Shown one piece after another: positions 40,801-52,492 of a DNA stretch of 64,000 nt. This stretch comes from Albugo candida (taxonomy: Eukaryota), in contig JBDOQK010000044.1 in NCBI GenBank assembly GCA_040437565.1, forward strand, positions 186,001 through 250,000, in the 5' to 3' direction. The translations under genes were made by a program, and so were the position numbers. The notes beneath the pieces are model-generated. The model saw nothing but the letters and a program-made list of their open reading frames with translations, did not search any database and was not told where the DNA came from. Position 1 is the first letter of the stretch. Every line of letters starts with the position of its first letter.

Positions 40801-41379
40801 CTAATCTACAAGCGTTCATGTAAAGATACGACTTTCTTGACACGAGAAAAGCGCAACTATTTTCGTGAAAAGGAGAAAATAAATGTCAGGAATAAAATTG
40901 TAATGTAACAAATGCACTTTTCTATGTACCAAGTTGACGTGATGGAAAGCGATGTTTTTGAATGCCGTTTCAGCTAGAATAATAAGTATCTACACATTGA
41001 TTATTCAGATACGTGCCAATCACATTTAGCTCCCAACATCGTTCTGTAAGAAACATGTGCAAAGATGACCGAATGGATAGAAGCATGCTCATATTAATAA
41101 AAGATTTGGAAACATTCTCAGCCCATTTACGTCTATAACCAAATCCAGTATTTCAATTTTCCTCATAGCATACACCTTCATGATGTTTTACGACAATAAG
41201 CCATGAGCACCAAATGGTGACCCTGTGATATTACAATATGATATCACATTATAGGGAGCCTCTATGGCCACAGACGCTAATACTACGGCCACAGACAATA
41301 CTACTTTTGCCAAGGATTTCATTACACTATTTATCTGGTTCTTCAACTACCTTCCTTATCCTATCATGAGCCGCTGACC

Positions 41380-43000
41380 GTGACTTCTCAATTTGCCGGC
41401 TACTACGCAACCCGCCAATTTGATACAAAACAACTCGAGAAACTACTTTCTTCAACTCTTTCCTCTCGAAAACAATGGTCCAAGTCGACATATCGACACA
41501 ACCAAGGGTGCTAGCGTCCACTTGTAGTGACGTGGCAATCCTCATGAGTCACCCTATTTGGGTGATTGCATGATTGTTGATGAGTCATCACCCCTGTGGG
41601 ATGACGTGGAAAGTACNNNNNNNNNNNNNNNNNNNNNNNNNNNNNNNNNNNNNNNNNNNNNNNNNNNNNNNNNNNNNNNNNNNNNNNNNNNNNNNNNNNN
41701 NNNNNNNNNNNNNNNNGGATGGACTACCAGCTGCATTTTATCAGCTTGATCCGGAAACGTTTGGCGAGTGTCTGAAGATCGTGTTCGAATATCAGCTGGA
41801 AATTGGAGTAGGATTCTACCTCGAGCATTATGCAGACGGCGATCGCTTCACTGTACAAAATCGAGTTTTGATCTAATCCGAGTAAACTGAGACTATCAGT
41901 CTCCTTTTGGCTCATTGGATAGCTTGAAAAATTCGTTGTAGACCGATTAAATCGTATTTTGCCAAAATCCATGCATTAAGAACAAAAAAACACATTTTTT
42001 GAACATCTGATGCATCATTGTGCTCGCGATTTTGTAAATATAAAGACTTAGTCGCTCATATGGCTGAGAAAGGTATGCAACTTTCTAAAAGGTTAAATAA
42101 GCTAATATGACTGAGTTACAGGGCGTACACTCTCTGCGCTTTCGAAATAAGAAGTGTAAAAAAAGCCACTATCGACTGGGTCTACTTTTCTAGAAATAAG
42201 TAATGTTCCGTCGTTATCCAAGATTTCATAACACCGCGGCATGCAGCGAAGGTTGAGGCGACCTCTACATCCTACTATGTTTTGTTAGAATCTAGCAGGC
42301 TACCAGTAAGTCTCCACCTGGTACCATTTATTGTGACGACAGCTTTTTTACATTGGTACCTTCATCACAATATACTGGAAAGAGTTTTATGTGTGTCAGA
42401 GCTTACAATGCAGCAGTAACGCAGCTAATCATCTGAAGCGATTGGGATCTCCAACTTTCGACAAAATATCTCGTTAAGTTTGAATATTTCAATTCGTCGT
42501 AAGCGCTGCATGAAATGCTGACGCGCGGTCTTGACACGATGTCAGAATTAGGTGCAGACCGAGCGATCACAGCTACTAAAACGCTCAAGGAGGTTTCTAA
42601 ATACCCATACGACTGAAGCTGCAAACGGTTGTCCAGGTGATAGACCTGGCTATGTCTAATTCACTTTGGCGTACAGTATCCATGGATGCTATCTCTAAAA
42701 GATATACCTAACTCTGCTTATCTTCAATTTCCTATGGCTTGATTCCGTGAAGCGATAGCTGTCAATGATATAATGATTGATTAGAAGATTGTGCGACTAC
42801 CTTGTTATCTCCACTCAATCTGGTGAAGAAATCACGTTACATCATGAATATGTAATAATCAGATTTGAGCCATATTTTAGTTGTCATTGTGCCGACAATG
42901 AACTTTGACCGTAGCCAAAATGTATAGCTCTTGTAACCAAATGACGTTATCATAGCTCGATACAGATTGCCGATATGAACAAACATACATCAAACAAACA
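41380..43000 (+). mobile_element. LINE (L1/Tx1-like) retrotransposon, decayed; N gap between the 5' end and RT
   Basis: DGLPAAFYQL...GECLKIVF (41717-41790) matches the PGPDGLPAEFY pre-RT motif, and a degenerate YCDD lies at about 42330. The 5' segment is shared with 14457-14690. The right boundary is approximate. Confidence 0.75.
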
Positions 43001-43968
43001 ACTTGAGCCTGCATCCCGTCGAATGCGACAATCCGAGATGCTAACAAACGTAAATGATCTTGCTTAACACCTTCGTTGCCACCATTAGATGCTACTGTTT
43101 GCCCTAATTAATGTTCCCTTACACTCTCTACGGCTTGAGATCGAGTACACTTTTACAAAATAGTGTGTTTAGTTGAGACCTTCCTAATGACAAAAGAACC
43201 TCGGCGAATGAGTAAGCTTTTTGCCGACATGCTAAAAAACTGTTCGCATGATGTAAGATGCTACTCATACTAGTCGCGATATATTAACCAGCTCATATGC
43301 AGATACAAACATACGGCTCTTGTGTAGCTCAAGTCGATGGATTGCTTAATCGGAACGCTTGTCAACAAGAATTTGCAAAAGTGAGATTGTGCTTCCAAAA
43401 GGCTACCAAAAATGTTAAGGCAGTATCTCGATGAACTGCGCAATCCAGCAGACCATATGGACCTCAGATGTATATGTATCTATACAAAATGATACACCTC
43501 AGGATGTCCTCATATCGCGAAATCCTACTTAGTTGCTCTTTATTGTTTACTTTGTTCGATAAAAAAGTATGAAAATGCTTTCTGGTTTACATAAGCAAAT
43601 TCGGATACTTTCAAATTCCGGTAATGGCGAAGAACGGTTCCATCAGATCGAATAGCGATGAGAAGCTTCAATAGAACATAATGTGTTGACAGACTAGTGC
43701 TTGACCACACAAATGACCCGATGCTGCATAGAGATTCAGGAATTAGTGGTCGGCAAACATCTGACATTATGTCCTTGGAAGCCACAACAAACCAGTACAA
43801 CCATTTGCATTCAACGCGCTCCAATGTAGACAAGTATGCAATCCCGATCCCAAACTTTGCATCGATGCAGCCGATAATTAAAAGTATATCTTGTTCACAT
43901 AATCCCCTCAGCGAGATACCGTTGCTTTTAATTCGTACCGGTTTTCTTCGGGTTCTGGCGCGTAAACA

Positions 43969-44888
43969 ATGAATTACGGCGAATATGATTCTCATGAGAA
44001 CAAATACAGTTACGGAGCGGGCGGCTTCATGGGCTCTAGTAATCAACCAAGTACGCAAAGCTTCGACAAAGGTGATGGAACGGAACGCAGTAACATCGGT
44101 GGCTCACGCGACTCACAAACACTCTTGCCAATAACGTTACGTCAATTACAAGCTCAAGATCAAGTAATGGATGACGTTTTCCGAGTTGACGGGCGAGAAA
44201 TCTCGATGGTGAAAGCAGTGGGAATTCTTCAGAATGTGATTCCTCACTCCACAAACGTTAATTTCCAATTGGACGATGGCTCCGGCATTATCGATGGACG
44301 GCTTTTTGTGGCGCAAGAGGACCTCGATCACGCAGACAACATCATGTCCCGCCTTCAGTAAGTTTTATCTCTTTTTTTTCGCTCCGTATCGCGTCCAACT
44401 GGCTATCACGCATTTGTAGTGATGGAATTTATGTCAGCGCTGTCGGTCAATTGCGTACTTTTCAAGGCAAAACAAGCTTCTCATGCTACAGCGTGGTCCC
44501 AATTGAAGATTTTAATGCAATGACTCATCACTTTTTGGAAGTTATGTACACGCACTGCTACAATACGAAAGGCAATTTACAGAAACCGAATCCTTCTCAG
44601 CATCAAGGCACTTCCACGGGAACACCTTGGGCACCATCGGGTTCAACGATCGATACAAATTCCGGTTTTGGTGCATTAGACTCGTCTGGTTTTTCGCCGG
44701 AACAGAAGATAGTAATAGACGTTTTGGGAGCGTGCACCAACGATGAAGGACTCTCTGTAGATCGAATATATGCTCAAGTACAACACCAAATGTCTGAAGC
44801 GGACCTGCAGAATGTGTTGGTGTATCTTACTAGCGAGGGTCATGTGTATTCGACCATTGATGAGAATCATTTTAAAAGGACAGCATAA
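43969..44888 (+). CDS. RPA2: Replication protein A 32-kDa subunit (2 exons, about 285 aa)
   Basis: Exons 43969-44357 and 44420-44888, with a 62-nt GT-AG intron. It has the N-terminal GGFM motif, an OB fold (TLLPITLRQL, LDDGSG, HFLEVMYTH) and a C-terminal winged helix (LTSEGHVYSTIDENHFK). Confidence 0.95.
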
Positions 44889-45112
44889 TACATTGGAAAT
44901 TACAGCTGCATTTACTACAGTATGAAAGCCTACTCATTCATGACTGCATTTCATCAGACAGACTTTGAATGCATCCATTATAGCAGTAATTGGAGTTTTG
45001 TGCCAAGTGGAAGGATGCAGACTTGATGGCTGGGACTTTGTAAGGAGTGGTCCCATTGCCAATCTCTACTGGTGGTAAAGTACCCGGCTTCTATCGGGCT
45101 CACTGCTCATAG

Positions 45113-48100
45113 TTATTGACTGAACTTTCCCCTCGTGATAGAATTCCGAAATGCTGTCGGTACAGCATGAGCTTTATCCAAAGTACTTGACGCAATGTAC
45201 GACTCTGCTAACGTGGTTTCTTCATCGCAGCTGAATGCAAATCCCGTAGTCCGTCGTGAATTTGGAAGAGATGCTTTATTCAGCCTAAACGGAGCATCGG
45301 GATAATAACTTGCTCCATTGTCGTTGAACGATGCGTTATAGACACTCGCTGAATAACTCGTCGAGTAACTTGCAACACTTTGTTGCCTTGCTGCACTTAA
45401 ATCTGACGCATTTTGTTGTCCGAGGAGCTGAAAGCCTGTGGATGGTGTGCACAAAGAAGACTCTGCTCTCGGCTCCTTCAAAGAAACATCCCTCGTCGCA
45501 TCTTCATCGATACCTCCAATCAATGGCATCTTTTGTTCTCTTTGTGTTCGCTTTCTCATTTTTAGCTTTAGCAAACCGTCATAATAATCGGTCTCTTGAT
45601 CCTCATCGATCGTCGTGACGCCATCCATCCGCATCGCATTCTTTTCAGATTGCATTGAGACTGGGGCTCCAGAATTCACTTTTTCAGCTATTCGAAGCCG
45701 TCTGAGCTGGGATTGAGACAACTCTTCCTCTTCTAGACTCGGTTTCTCGATGTCCATAATCACAATATCATTCGACATCATCGACAGCGACAACGTTTGC
45801 GTTTCTAACTCGTGTACAGAGATACAACGACTTGATTTTCCAACTTGCTGTTGCAGTATTTGTACTGCTGTTGGGTTAAACATCCGCTCATACTGCTTCC
45901 ATGTGAAATGACGCAATAGCGCAATGCACGTGCCAACAAACAAAAGCATCATATAAACATTTGAGTTGGCTGTTGGCACAAAACTCCCAAATTCGTCGTA
46001 ATTGATATTCACTGATGCAAAGTTCTCCACAGTCGTCCCAATATGTGCGATACAAAACCAAGCGAAAATGCTGGCAAGCCAACACGTGATAGAAAGCCAA
46101 TTCCACGTCTCCGCAATAAGCCATATCTTGCAATTGACTACCAATACTGTGAGTGTGAACGCACACATTCCAAATTCCACACGAGACTCATCCGTGTACA
46201 CTGTGCGGTACCCGAGGATCGTGACAAGAAATATAACAATGGATTCGTACACCGCCGCACTGACCCATCGAAAAAACTGATACAAATTGAAATCCATCCT
46301 CTGAAGTCCGCGTTGATACAACACAGGATACTTGACACTATACGCAGCAGGGAAATCTTGATCGAGTACTCCGGTCACCAAAATGGGAAGTCCTGTGAAG
46401 AATATGTTGTATACCTGTACTGCGAATTCCCAGTAAAGCTTGGAGCCTGAGGCTCCAGAGAGAAACCCGTACAGATACTGAGCCATAACAAGCGTGATAT
46501 TCTTGTAAAACATGTACAGAACAAGCTTTGAGATCCGACGATAATTCCATCGACCGTGGACGAGGAGGAGACGTTCCAAGAATCGGAATTGAGCAATCGC
46601 ATAATCACTGGAATTGACAGCCTGCATACCTTCCTGGCCAGATATTCCGATACCGACGTGGGCGGCTTGAATCATCGCGACATCGTTTGCACCATCGCCA
46701 ATGGCCAAGGTACGTAAATGAGGGAGACTCAACCGGACAAGGCGAACCATCTCTGCTTTTTGAGCCGGTGACACGCGATTACATATGACAACACTGCAAT
46801 GACGTGCGAACTTCATGAGATAATCAGCCGTAGAAGGACGTAGAGCTAATTCCAACGCTTCTCCATCAATGATAAGTGCAATTTTAGCTGTTTCTTGCTG
46901 AAGTAATCGTTCCTCGTGCTCACTAGTCACATATATCAATTTTTTGCGGAGGACTTCTTCCGTGGGGTAAGAAGTACAATTGAACACACTTTGCGTCACG
47001 CTGTTATCCAAAAGAGAGCACGCGTACCCGATATTGATTGCTGTTTCTTCCTTGTCACCAGTGAGCATCCATACATTGATTCCTGCCGCCAGTAAGCGAG
47101 TCAAACAGCTTGAAACGCCATCTTGAAGTTTGTCTTCGATTGCTGTCGCTCCAAGAAGCTCTAAATCACACTCAATTTCTTCCATAAGATTGTCAATAGC
47201 ATTCGATTTTCCTTCTTTACGACGCTCCATCTCACTGATGTCACTAATTGCATCGTCGTATTGCCGCTTCCACTTTTTATAAGCAGCTTCGGCTAACGGC
47301 TTACAAGCAATGGCAAGTGTTCGAAGTCCTTCATCAGCATAGAGCTCCATATATTCTTTCGTCTTTTCTTGTACGTGCTTTGCTGCTGTGTCTACATCGG
47401 CTTTAAGCCTCGGATAAACCATCATATCTGCACCTTTCGTGTACAAAACAAGTTCTCCGTTAGGCTTACGGACAATCACTGACATACGTTTCCGTGTGCT
47501 ATTAAATTCCAATACTTCTAAAACCTGAAACACTTGTTCTTTTCCCAAAATATTGACGACAGCTCTTCCAACGCTCCGAGTTTGGAACTTGAAGCCCATG
47601 AATCCCGCTCCTGCAACCAGAGCTTGCTCGTCCGGTGACGAAGCAGACAACCGAATCTCGCCAGACTCTAATCGCTCGGGTATGACTGTGTGGCAAATGG
47701 CCAAGTGCTCAAAGAATTGAATCGCTTTTTCGTGTTGTACTTTGTTCTCTGGATCACAATTATTTTCCAATAATTTAAACAATTTTGGATCCACGAAATT
47801 AACATAAGGCGTTGTGCTCGGTGGTTCTTCAGTAACAAATTCGTCTTTTTCCGCTTGTCCTGATGCACGGGCTCGTGCACGAGCTGCTCTTCCAACTTCA
47901 GTTGTTCCCGAACCATATGAGACGCCGTTGATACAGACTTTGCGAAACTCCATAACATTTCTGGTCAGCGTTCCCGTTTTATCGGAGAATATGTAAGATA
48001 TTTGCCCAAGCTCTTCATTGAGTTCCATACTCCTTACAATCGCAGGTGTATCAGTCTCTTCGTGATACATTTCTAGATCCCAGCTGATAAATTGAGCCTG

Positions 48101-49681
48101 AAGAAACTTGACAGTTGTCATCGACACATAAAGCGATATTGGAATCAATTGGTACAATAAAAGGAAATAGTAGAAAACCATTTGCACCGTCTGCTTCCAA
48201 CTGATGGAAATACTTTGATTATTCGCCACTGGAAGGTACCACAACCTTCCCAAAATACTTGTCTGCCAGATTCTGTTCACAAGCGCTGCTGCAACGCAAG
48301 CACAGAGTAAAAAACCGCAGAGCCAAAGAATCATTCGATTGATCATATGAAGCAAATCGCTTGTTTTTAAAGGAGCTGCACTTGTACTTTGCATTATTTT
48401 GGTATCATTGCCAGTGTTCAAAACCACTCCGTAAACCCATTCTGTGTTTCTTAATGTACATCCACGCAGTAGGATGTTCTTCATACTGATCGGTGAGACT
48501 TCTGTGCCGCATTCTTGACTCAATGCGATTTCTACTTTGCCCGTAAATTTGCTGATGTAAGGATTTGGGTCTTCGTATTTGACGTTTCCATTCAGAAGCA
48601 TGAGCTCTGACGGATTCACAAGCGAGCTCATTGTTGCCGGAATTGCTTGTCGAAGTTTCAAATTTGTTTCTCCATCCAAACTTTTCGTTTCCACATAACA
48701 AATTCCACTTGCGGCTTCGCCAACAGGCTCATTAACTGAAAGAATCAAAACGTCTGCCGGAATGATTTCACGATTCAGAATTTGAACGATATCGCCGACT
48801 CGAACTTCAGACCAGAGAGAGTCTACAAAATGACCGTTTTTAATGATATGACAATTGCGAGAATTTGCCTCTTTGTCGGCTTTATGTCGTCTCCGATCTT
48901 CCATAATTGCAAAAATCGCATCGATGCTCAGCACTGTGATCAAAACGGGAGCATTGGTCGGGTACCCGTACGTGTTACTGATACTTTTCACTGATTGTAA
49001 AATGCAAACGACGAGGAAAAAAAAGTTGGCCATTTTTGTGAAGCTTTGATACAGAAATTTCGGCAGAAATGTGAAAATCGTAAATTTCGATGTAATAATC
49101 ACGTTTGAAATAGTCGCATAAGGAGCGTTTCTCAATGGATCGTTAAAAAAGATCTGTCGACCCGATTGCGACTGCGTATTACTTTTCACATCTTTTGCAA
49201 TCTCGCTTGAGCAGACCGAGTTTGAGCATCGTTTTGTAGCTTCCGAAAGAGGTCTACCGGCAGAAATATGATTACCGCCACCTTTCAGGTCCGAAGAATT
49301 GAATTCGCAATTCGACCCGAGAGGATTTAATCCGTGATCTTCTCGACTTGATGCCCCAATATTGTCTTCGATGCTAGGAATCTTCGTATGTGTATACCCA
49401 TGCCGTCTTGCATTAAGTCGATCTAGCATGGAAGTGGGATTCTTTTCTCGAGCATCATCAGGTTTCAGAGAAGATTCTTGTGATGAAGTCGATTGTCTAG
49501 CTGGTGGATTAGGCAGAACAGGTAAGTTGTCCTGCGGTGCAGAGTTAACACTTGATAGACTTCCTAGGATAGCTGGACTATCACAAGTTGGAAGAGCAGC
49601 GTGATCCGCAGAAGATGGCGATGACAGATCACCGAGTAACTCTTGTACTTCATGACTAGTAGAAGCCCCACGATGGCTCAT
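45113..49681 (-). CDS. P4-type ATPase (phospholipid flippase), single exon, 1522 aa
   Basis: Motifs LDGETNLK, IPISLYVS, the phosphorylation site SDKTGTLT, SPDEQALV, KGAD, LTGDKEET, GDGANDV and GISGQEG, plus C-terminal transmembrane helices. Confidence 0.97.
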   Translation of the reverse strand: MSHRGASTSHEVQELLGDLSSPSSADHAALPTCDSPAILGSLSSVNSAPQDNLPVLPNPPARQSTSSQESSLKPDDAREKNPTSMLDRLNARRHGYTHTKIPSIEDNIGASSREDHGLNPLGSNCEFNSSDLKGGGNHISAGRPLSEATKRCSNSVCSSEIAKDVKSNTQSQSGRQIFFNDPLRNAPYATISNVIITSKFTIFTFLPKFLYQSFTKMANFFFLVVCILQSVKSISNTYGYPTNAPVLITVLSIDAIFAIMEDRRRHKADKEANSRNCHIIKNGHFVDSLWSEVRVGDIVQILNREIIPADVLILSVNEPVGEAASGICYVETKSLDGETNLKLRQAIPATMSSLVNPSELMLLNGNVKYEDPNPYISKFTGKVEIALSQECGTEVSPISMKNILLRGCTLRNTEWVYGVVLNTGNDTKIMQSTSAAPLKTSDLLHMINRMILWLCGFLLCACVAAALVNRIWQTSILGRLWYLPVANNQSISISWKQTVQMVFYYFLLLYQLIPISLYVSMTTVKFLQAQFISWDLEMYHEETDTPAIVRSMELNEELGQISYIFSDKTGTLTRNVMEFRKVCINGVSYGSGTTEVGRAARARARASGQAEKDEFVTEEPPSTTPYVNFVDPKLFKLLENNCDPENKVQHEKAIQFFEHLAICHTVIPERLESGEIRLSASSPDEQALVAGAGFMGFKFQTRSVGRAVVNILGKEQVFQVLEVLEFNSTRKRMSVIVRKPNGELVLYTKGADMMVYPRLKADVDTAAKHVQEKTKEYMELYADEGLRTLAIACKPLAEAAYKKWKRQYDDAISDISEMERRKEGKSNAIDNLMEEIECDLELLGATAIEDKLQDGVSSCLTRLLAAGINVWMLTGDKEETAINIGYACSLLDNSVTQSVFNCTSYPTEEVLRKKLIYVTSEHEERLLQQETAKIALIIDGEALELALRPSTADYLMKFARHCSVVICNRVSPAQKAEMVRLVRLSLPHLRTLAIGDGANDVAMIQAAHVGIGISGQEGMQAVNSSDYAIAQFRFLERLLLVHGRWNYRRISKLVLYMFYKNITLVMAQYLYGFLSGASGSKLYWEFAVQVYNIFFTGLPILVTGVLDQDFPAAYSVKYPVLYQRGLQRMDFNLYQFFRWVSAAVYESIVIFLVTILGYRTVYTDESRVEFGMCAFTLTVLVVNCKIWLIAETWNWLSITCWLASIFAWFCIAHIGTTVENFASVNINYDEFGSFVPTANSNVYMMLLFVGTCIALLRHFTWKQYERMFNPTAVQILQQQVGKSSRCISVHELETQTLSLSMMSNDIVIMDIEKPSLEEEELSQSQLRRLRIAEKVNSGAPVSMQSEKNAMRMDGVTTIDEDQETDYYDGLLKLKMRKRTQREQKMPLIGGIDEDATRDVSLKEPRAESSLCTPSTGFQLLGQQNASDLSAARQQSVASYSTSYSASVYNASFNDNGASYYPDAPFRLNKASLPNSRRTTGFAFSCDEETTLAESYIASSTLDKAHAVPTAFRNSITRGKFSQ

Positions 49682-50473
49682 TTTTTACCTAAGATTACTC
49701 GATGTGATTCAGGCTGGTAGTTGTACACTTGTACTATGGAACCACCTCCCATCTGACTATATAAATAGGATTGTAAATATAACCCCCAGCTATAGTCTGT
49801 CTCCCGCTTGGCTGCGACTCTCCCGTAATCTTCACATTATAGACAATCAGCCTCGCGGCTTATGATCTACACTAAATACCTATTCCGATCAGTCACAGGT
49901 GGTGATCTTTAAGCTTAATTAATCGTTTGTTTCCGCTATCTCTCCGACGCGAATGCCTTTAATACTTTTCAGATGTATTGGAAACCTGCTGAGTTACGGT
50001 CTTCATTGTTTTAGACGATGGAAATGTTAGAGTGAGACTTATTAAAACTCACGTGTCGCCACGTATTTACAACTACCCAACATATAGACGTAAAGTGATC
50101 CATCTCAGAAACCTCTTAATGTTCGTCTTTTAGATATTATCCATTCGCATTTGCGCCAACACAGCGCAGAGAATAGCTGTCGCTATAGTACGTGTATAGA
50201 GAGAGATCCGCTCCTCTTTGGGTATTGCCATTCTGATGCGATGCATTGACACGCGTACGAGAAATCCGTTGAAGGAAACAGAAATTGCACACAGAAACGA
50301 TAATAAAATACGTTTATAGATATACAATCCGGTGAATGAGAGACACGTTGTGCTCTGCGCATTGATCGCATTGCCATACCGTTTAATCGAATTGCGATGT
50401 GATTGTTTAAGTCGGTAAATGCACAGAGAAACGAAAAAATAGCAGAAAACCGCTTCAAAAGGATTGTATTGCA

Positions 50474-52179
50474 TCAATTCTCAGTCAATAATTCGCTTTT
50501 TTTTGCTATGTTCTCCATTGCAAATGTTTGTATAATTTTCATTTTGTGAAGAAAAAAATTGGTGTCAAAAGCGTACTGTTTTTTTGCTTCTTGTGACATC
50601 ATTTCGCGTTCTTTTGCCGATGTTTTCGAAACAAGTCGAGTCACAGCCTCACAGATTTCCGACGAATGAACATTTGCTGCGATACCTGGAGCATTCTTCA
50701 AGCCAAAAAGAACTCCATATTTTCCTCCTAACAATTGCTTCTCAGAGCTTTCATTCAAGACAGGAATCAAGATCCCTGATGTTGAGGTAACGAGTTCATT
50801 CATAGGCGGTGCATTCGATGTTATAATAACTCCTCCTGCTGCTCTTGCTTGGTTAATATAGTGTCCATAACCTTCCATCTTGCTGGGGCAAAGAAAGAAT
50901 GCCGAATGTGCTAATAGATCGCTGTAATCTCTGGACGATAAATCCTTCGTATACAGCTTGTAATTCGAATGATTTGTGCGTCTCCATGGGTATCGAGATA
51001 AAGCTTCCCATCTTAAAAGCTCCGGATCCAAGAAAATGTCGAGCGACGGCATCGAAGAATCTCTCTCCCAGCAAGAACATATTCTGTGTGTGTTCTTCTG
51101 GCAACTCCCTCCAGGCGTATGGGTAATTTGCACATTGTCAAAGTCTTTTTCAATACTGTTCACGAGGGATCGAGATATAGTAGCGATATTTGATGTCGTA
51201 TGTCGTGTGTAGAAAACGACTGTGCTTCGTGGATTTCCATTTTGCTGATACCATTTCGTGATACGTTGATACGCGTCGACAGTTTTGGCTAGAACGACAT
51301 TCGATCGCCACAAATGTTCAGCATTCAATTCATACATTTCGATATTTGGCATCAAGTAAATGGGTCTCTCCTGCCACTTTTCCATCTCGTTTAATCTGTC
51401 CCAATAATGATTGAAGAACAACACAGCTGTCGACGGACATATCTCAAAATACGTGAGATTTCTGTCATCCGCTGCATCATAAAAAGTCTCAGTGAACACC
51501 CAGCGCGGTAAAAGTCGCGTTTTGAGTCCTATGAAATGCTTCAACTTCAGCCCGATACGTGATGAATTAATAGTAGGATCCTACCTCGTAGATACGCGAG
51601 GGCGTCCTCACAATACCCGTGGCCCCTTAGACCTTCTGGGAAGTACACATCAATCGCCGAGCAGTCTCTTAATACTGAAAGCAAAGCCGAGTCGTTCTTA
51701 AAAACCAATGCGTCTGTAAAAGAACTTTCCATTTGCATTTGAATCGGTGTGATCGATCGGATGATAGCGTCTTTTTTAGTCATACAAATTTGCTGCAATT
51801 TTGCAAAGTATAGCGATTCTCCAAACGGCAATTCGTTCGTCCAATTCGTTTTCATAAGCGCTTTCGGATACAATTCGATGCGCCTATCCCAATCCAAAAG
51901 CGAAGTGTGAAGCGGTACGTCATACGTTCTCTCATCCAATACTTTCCGCAGCTCTTTTTCCGCAACTGAGTCGGAAAACGTGCCATTAAGTGGGAGATAG
52001 AGATCTATTGGAGGTGGATTCGTTTCATGGAATTCATACGCTGTCAAAGGTTCCGATGGGATTGTAAAGTAGAAAGAGGAGAGATTATATACTGTAATGA
52101 CAATCAAACACGTCAAAATGAGATATGTTCGATGGCGCTGAAAGCTTCGCCATAGAAATTTTGACGAGTTTTCTGTCAT
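50474..52179 (-). CDS. Type II membrane glycosyltransferase, GT-B/GT4-like (2 exons, about 549 aa)
   Basis: Exons 52179-51585 and 51528-50474, with a 56-nt GT-AG intron giving AYLRG|LKTRLLPRW in frame. It has an N-terminal signal-anchor (YLILTCLIVITVYNL) and the C-terminal GT-B motif CPSKMEGYGHYINQARAAG..ITSNAPPMNELV. Confidence 0.8.
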
Positions 52180-52212
52180 CGATTTACGATTGTGTTGTTA
52201 ATTGACAGGAAA

Positions 52213-52249
52213 AGGTCTCAGGTCTCAGGTCTCAGGTCTCAGGTCTCAG
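52213..52249. repeat. (AGGTCTC)5 heptamer tandem repeat in a divergent promoter
   Basis: Five perfect units starting 34 bp upstream of the glycosyltransferase ATG. Confidence 0.9.
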
Positions 52250-52492
52250 TTTACGTCTTTCGGTGCTAAAGAGACACGGAATCGATCAATTTGGCCAATC
52301 GAAACGGATCGCATTGACGCCTTTTTAACGGAATAAGGCTTTGAGGTTTCGGTGCTTTGTACTGTACATAATAAGAACATTTATACTTAGATTTCGAATG
52401 TAAACGAAAAATCGGATGTTTTTAGTATGCAATTCCGTTACTTTGCGGCTTGTTAGCGTTCAGAGTCTTTGTAAATAAGTGAATGTAGTTGA

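Noticed and set aside
41221-41305. Small palindrome and duplicated ggccacagac..aatactac motif
   Set aside because: Too short to assign, and no tRNA or snRNA structure was evident.
43540-44058. 172-aa minus-strand ORF divergent from RPA2
   Set aside because: It overlaps RPA2 exon 1 in antisense. A faint RCC1-like impression was too weak to support.
45331-49604. Many short ORFs overlapping the P4-ATPase
   Set aside because: They are alternative-frame or antisense shadows of the 1522-aa CDS.
50130-50477. Short hydrophobic ORFs as candidate secreted effectors (RXLR/CCG)
   Set aside because: There is no convincing signal peptide plus motif. They abut the glycosyltransferase stop and lie in UTR/promoter space.
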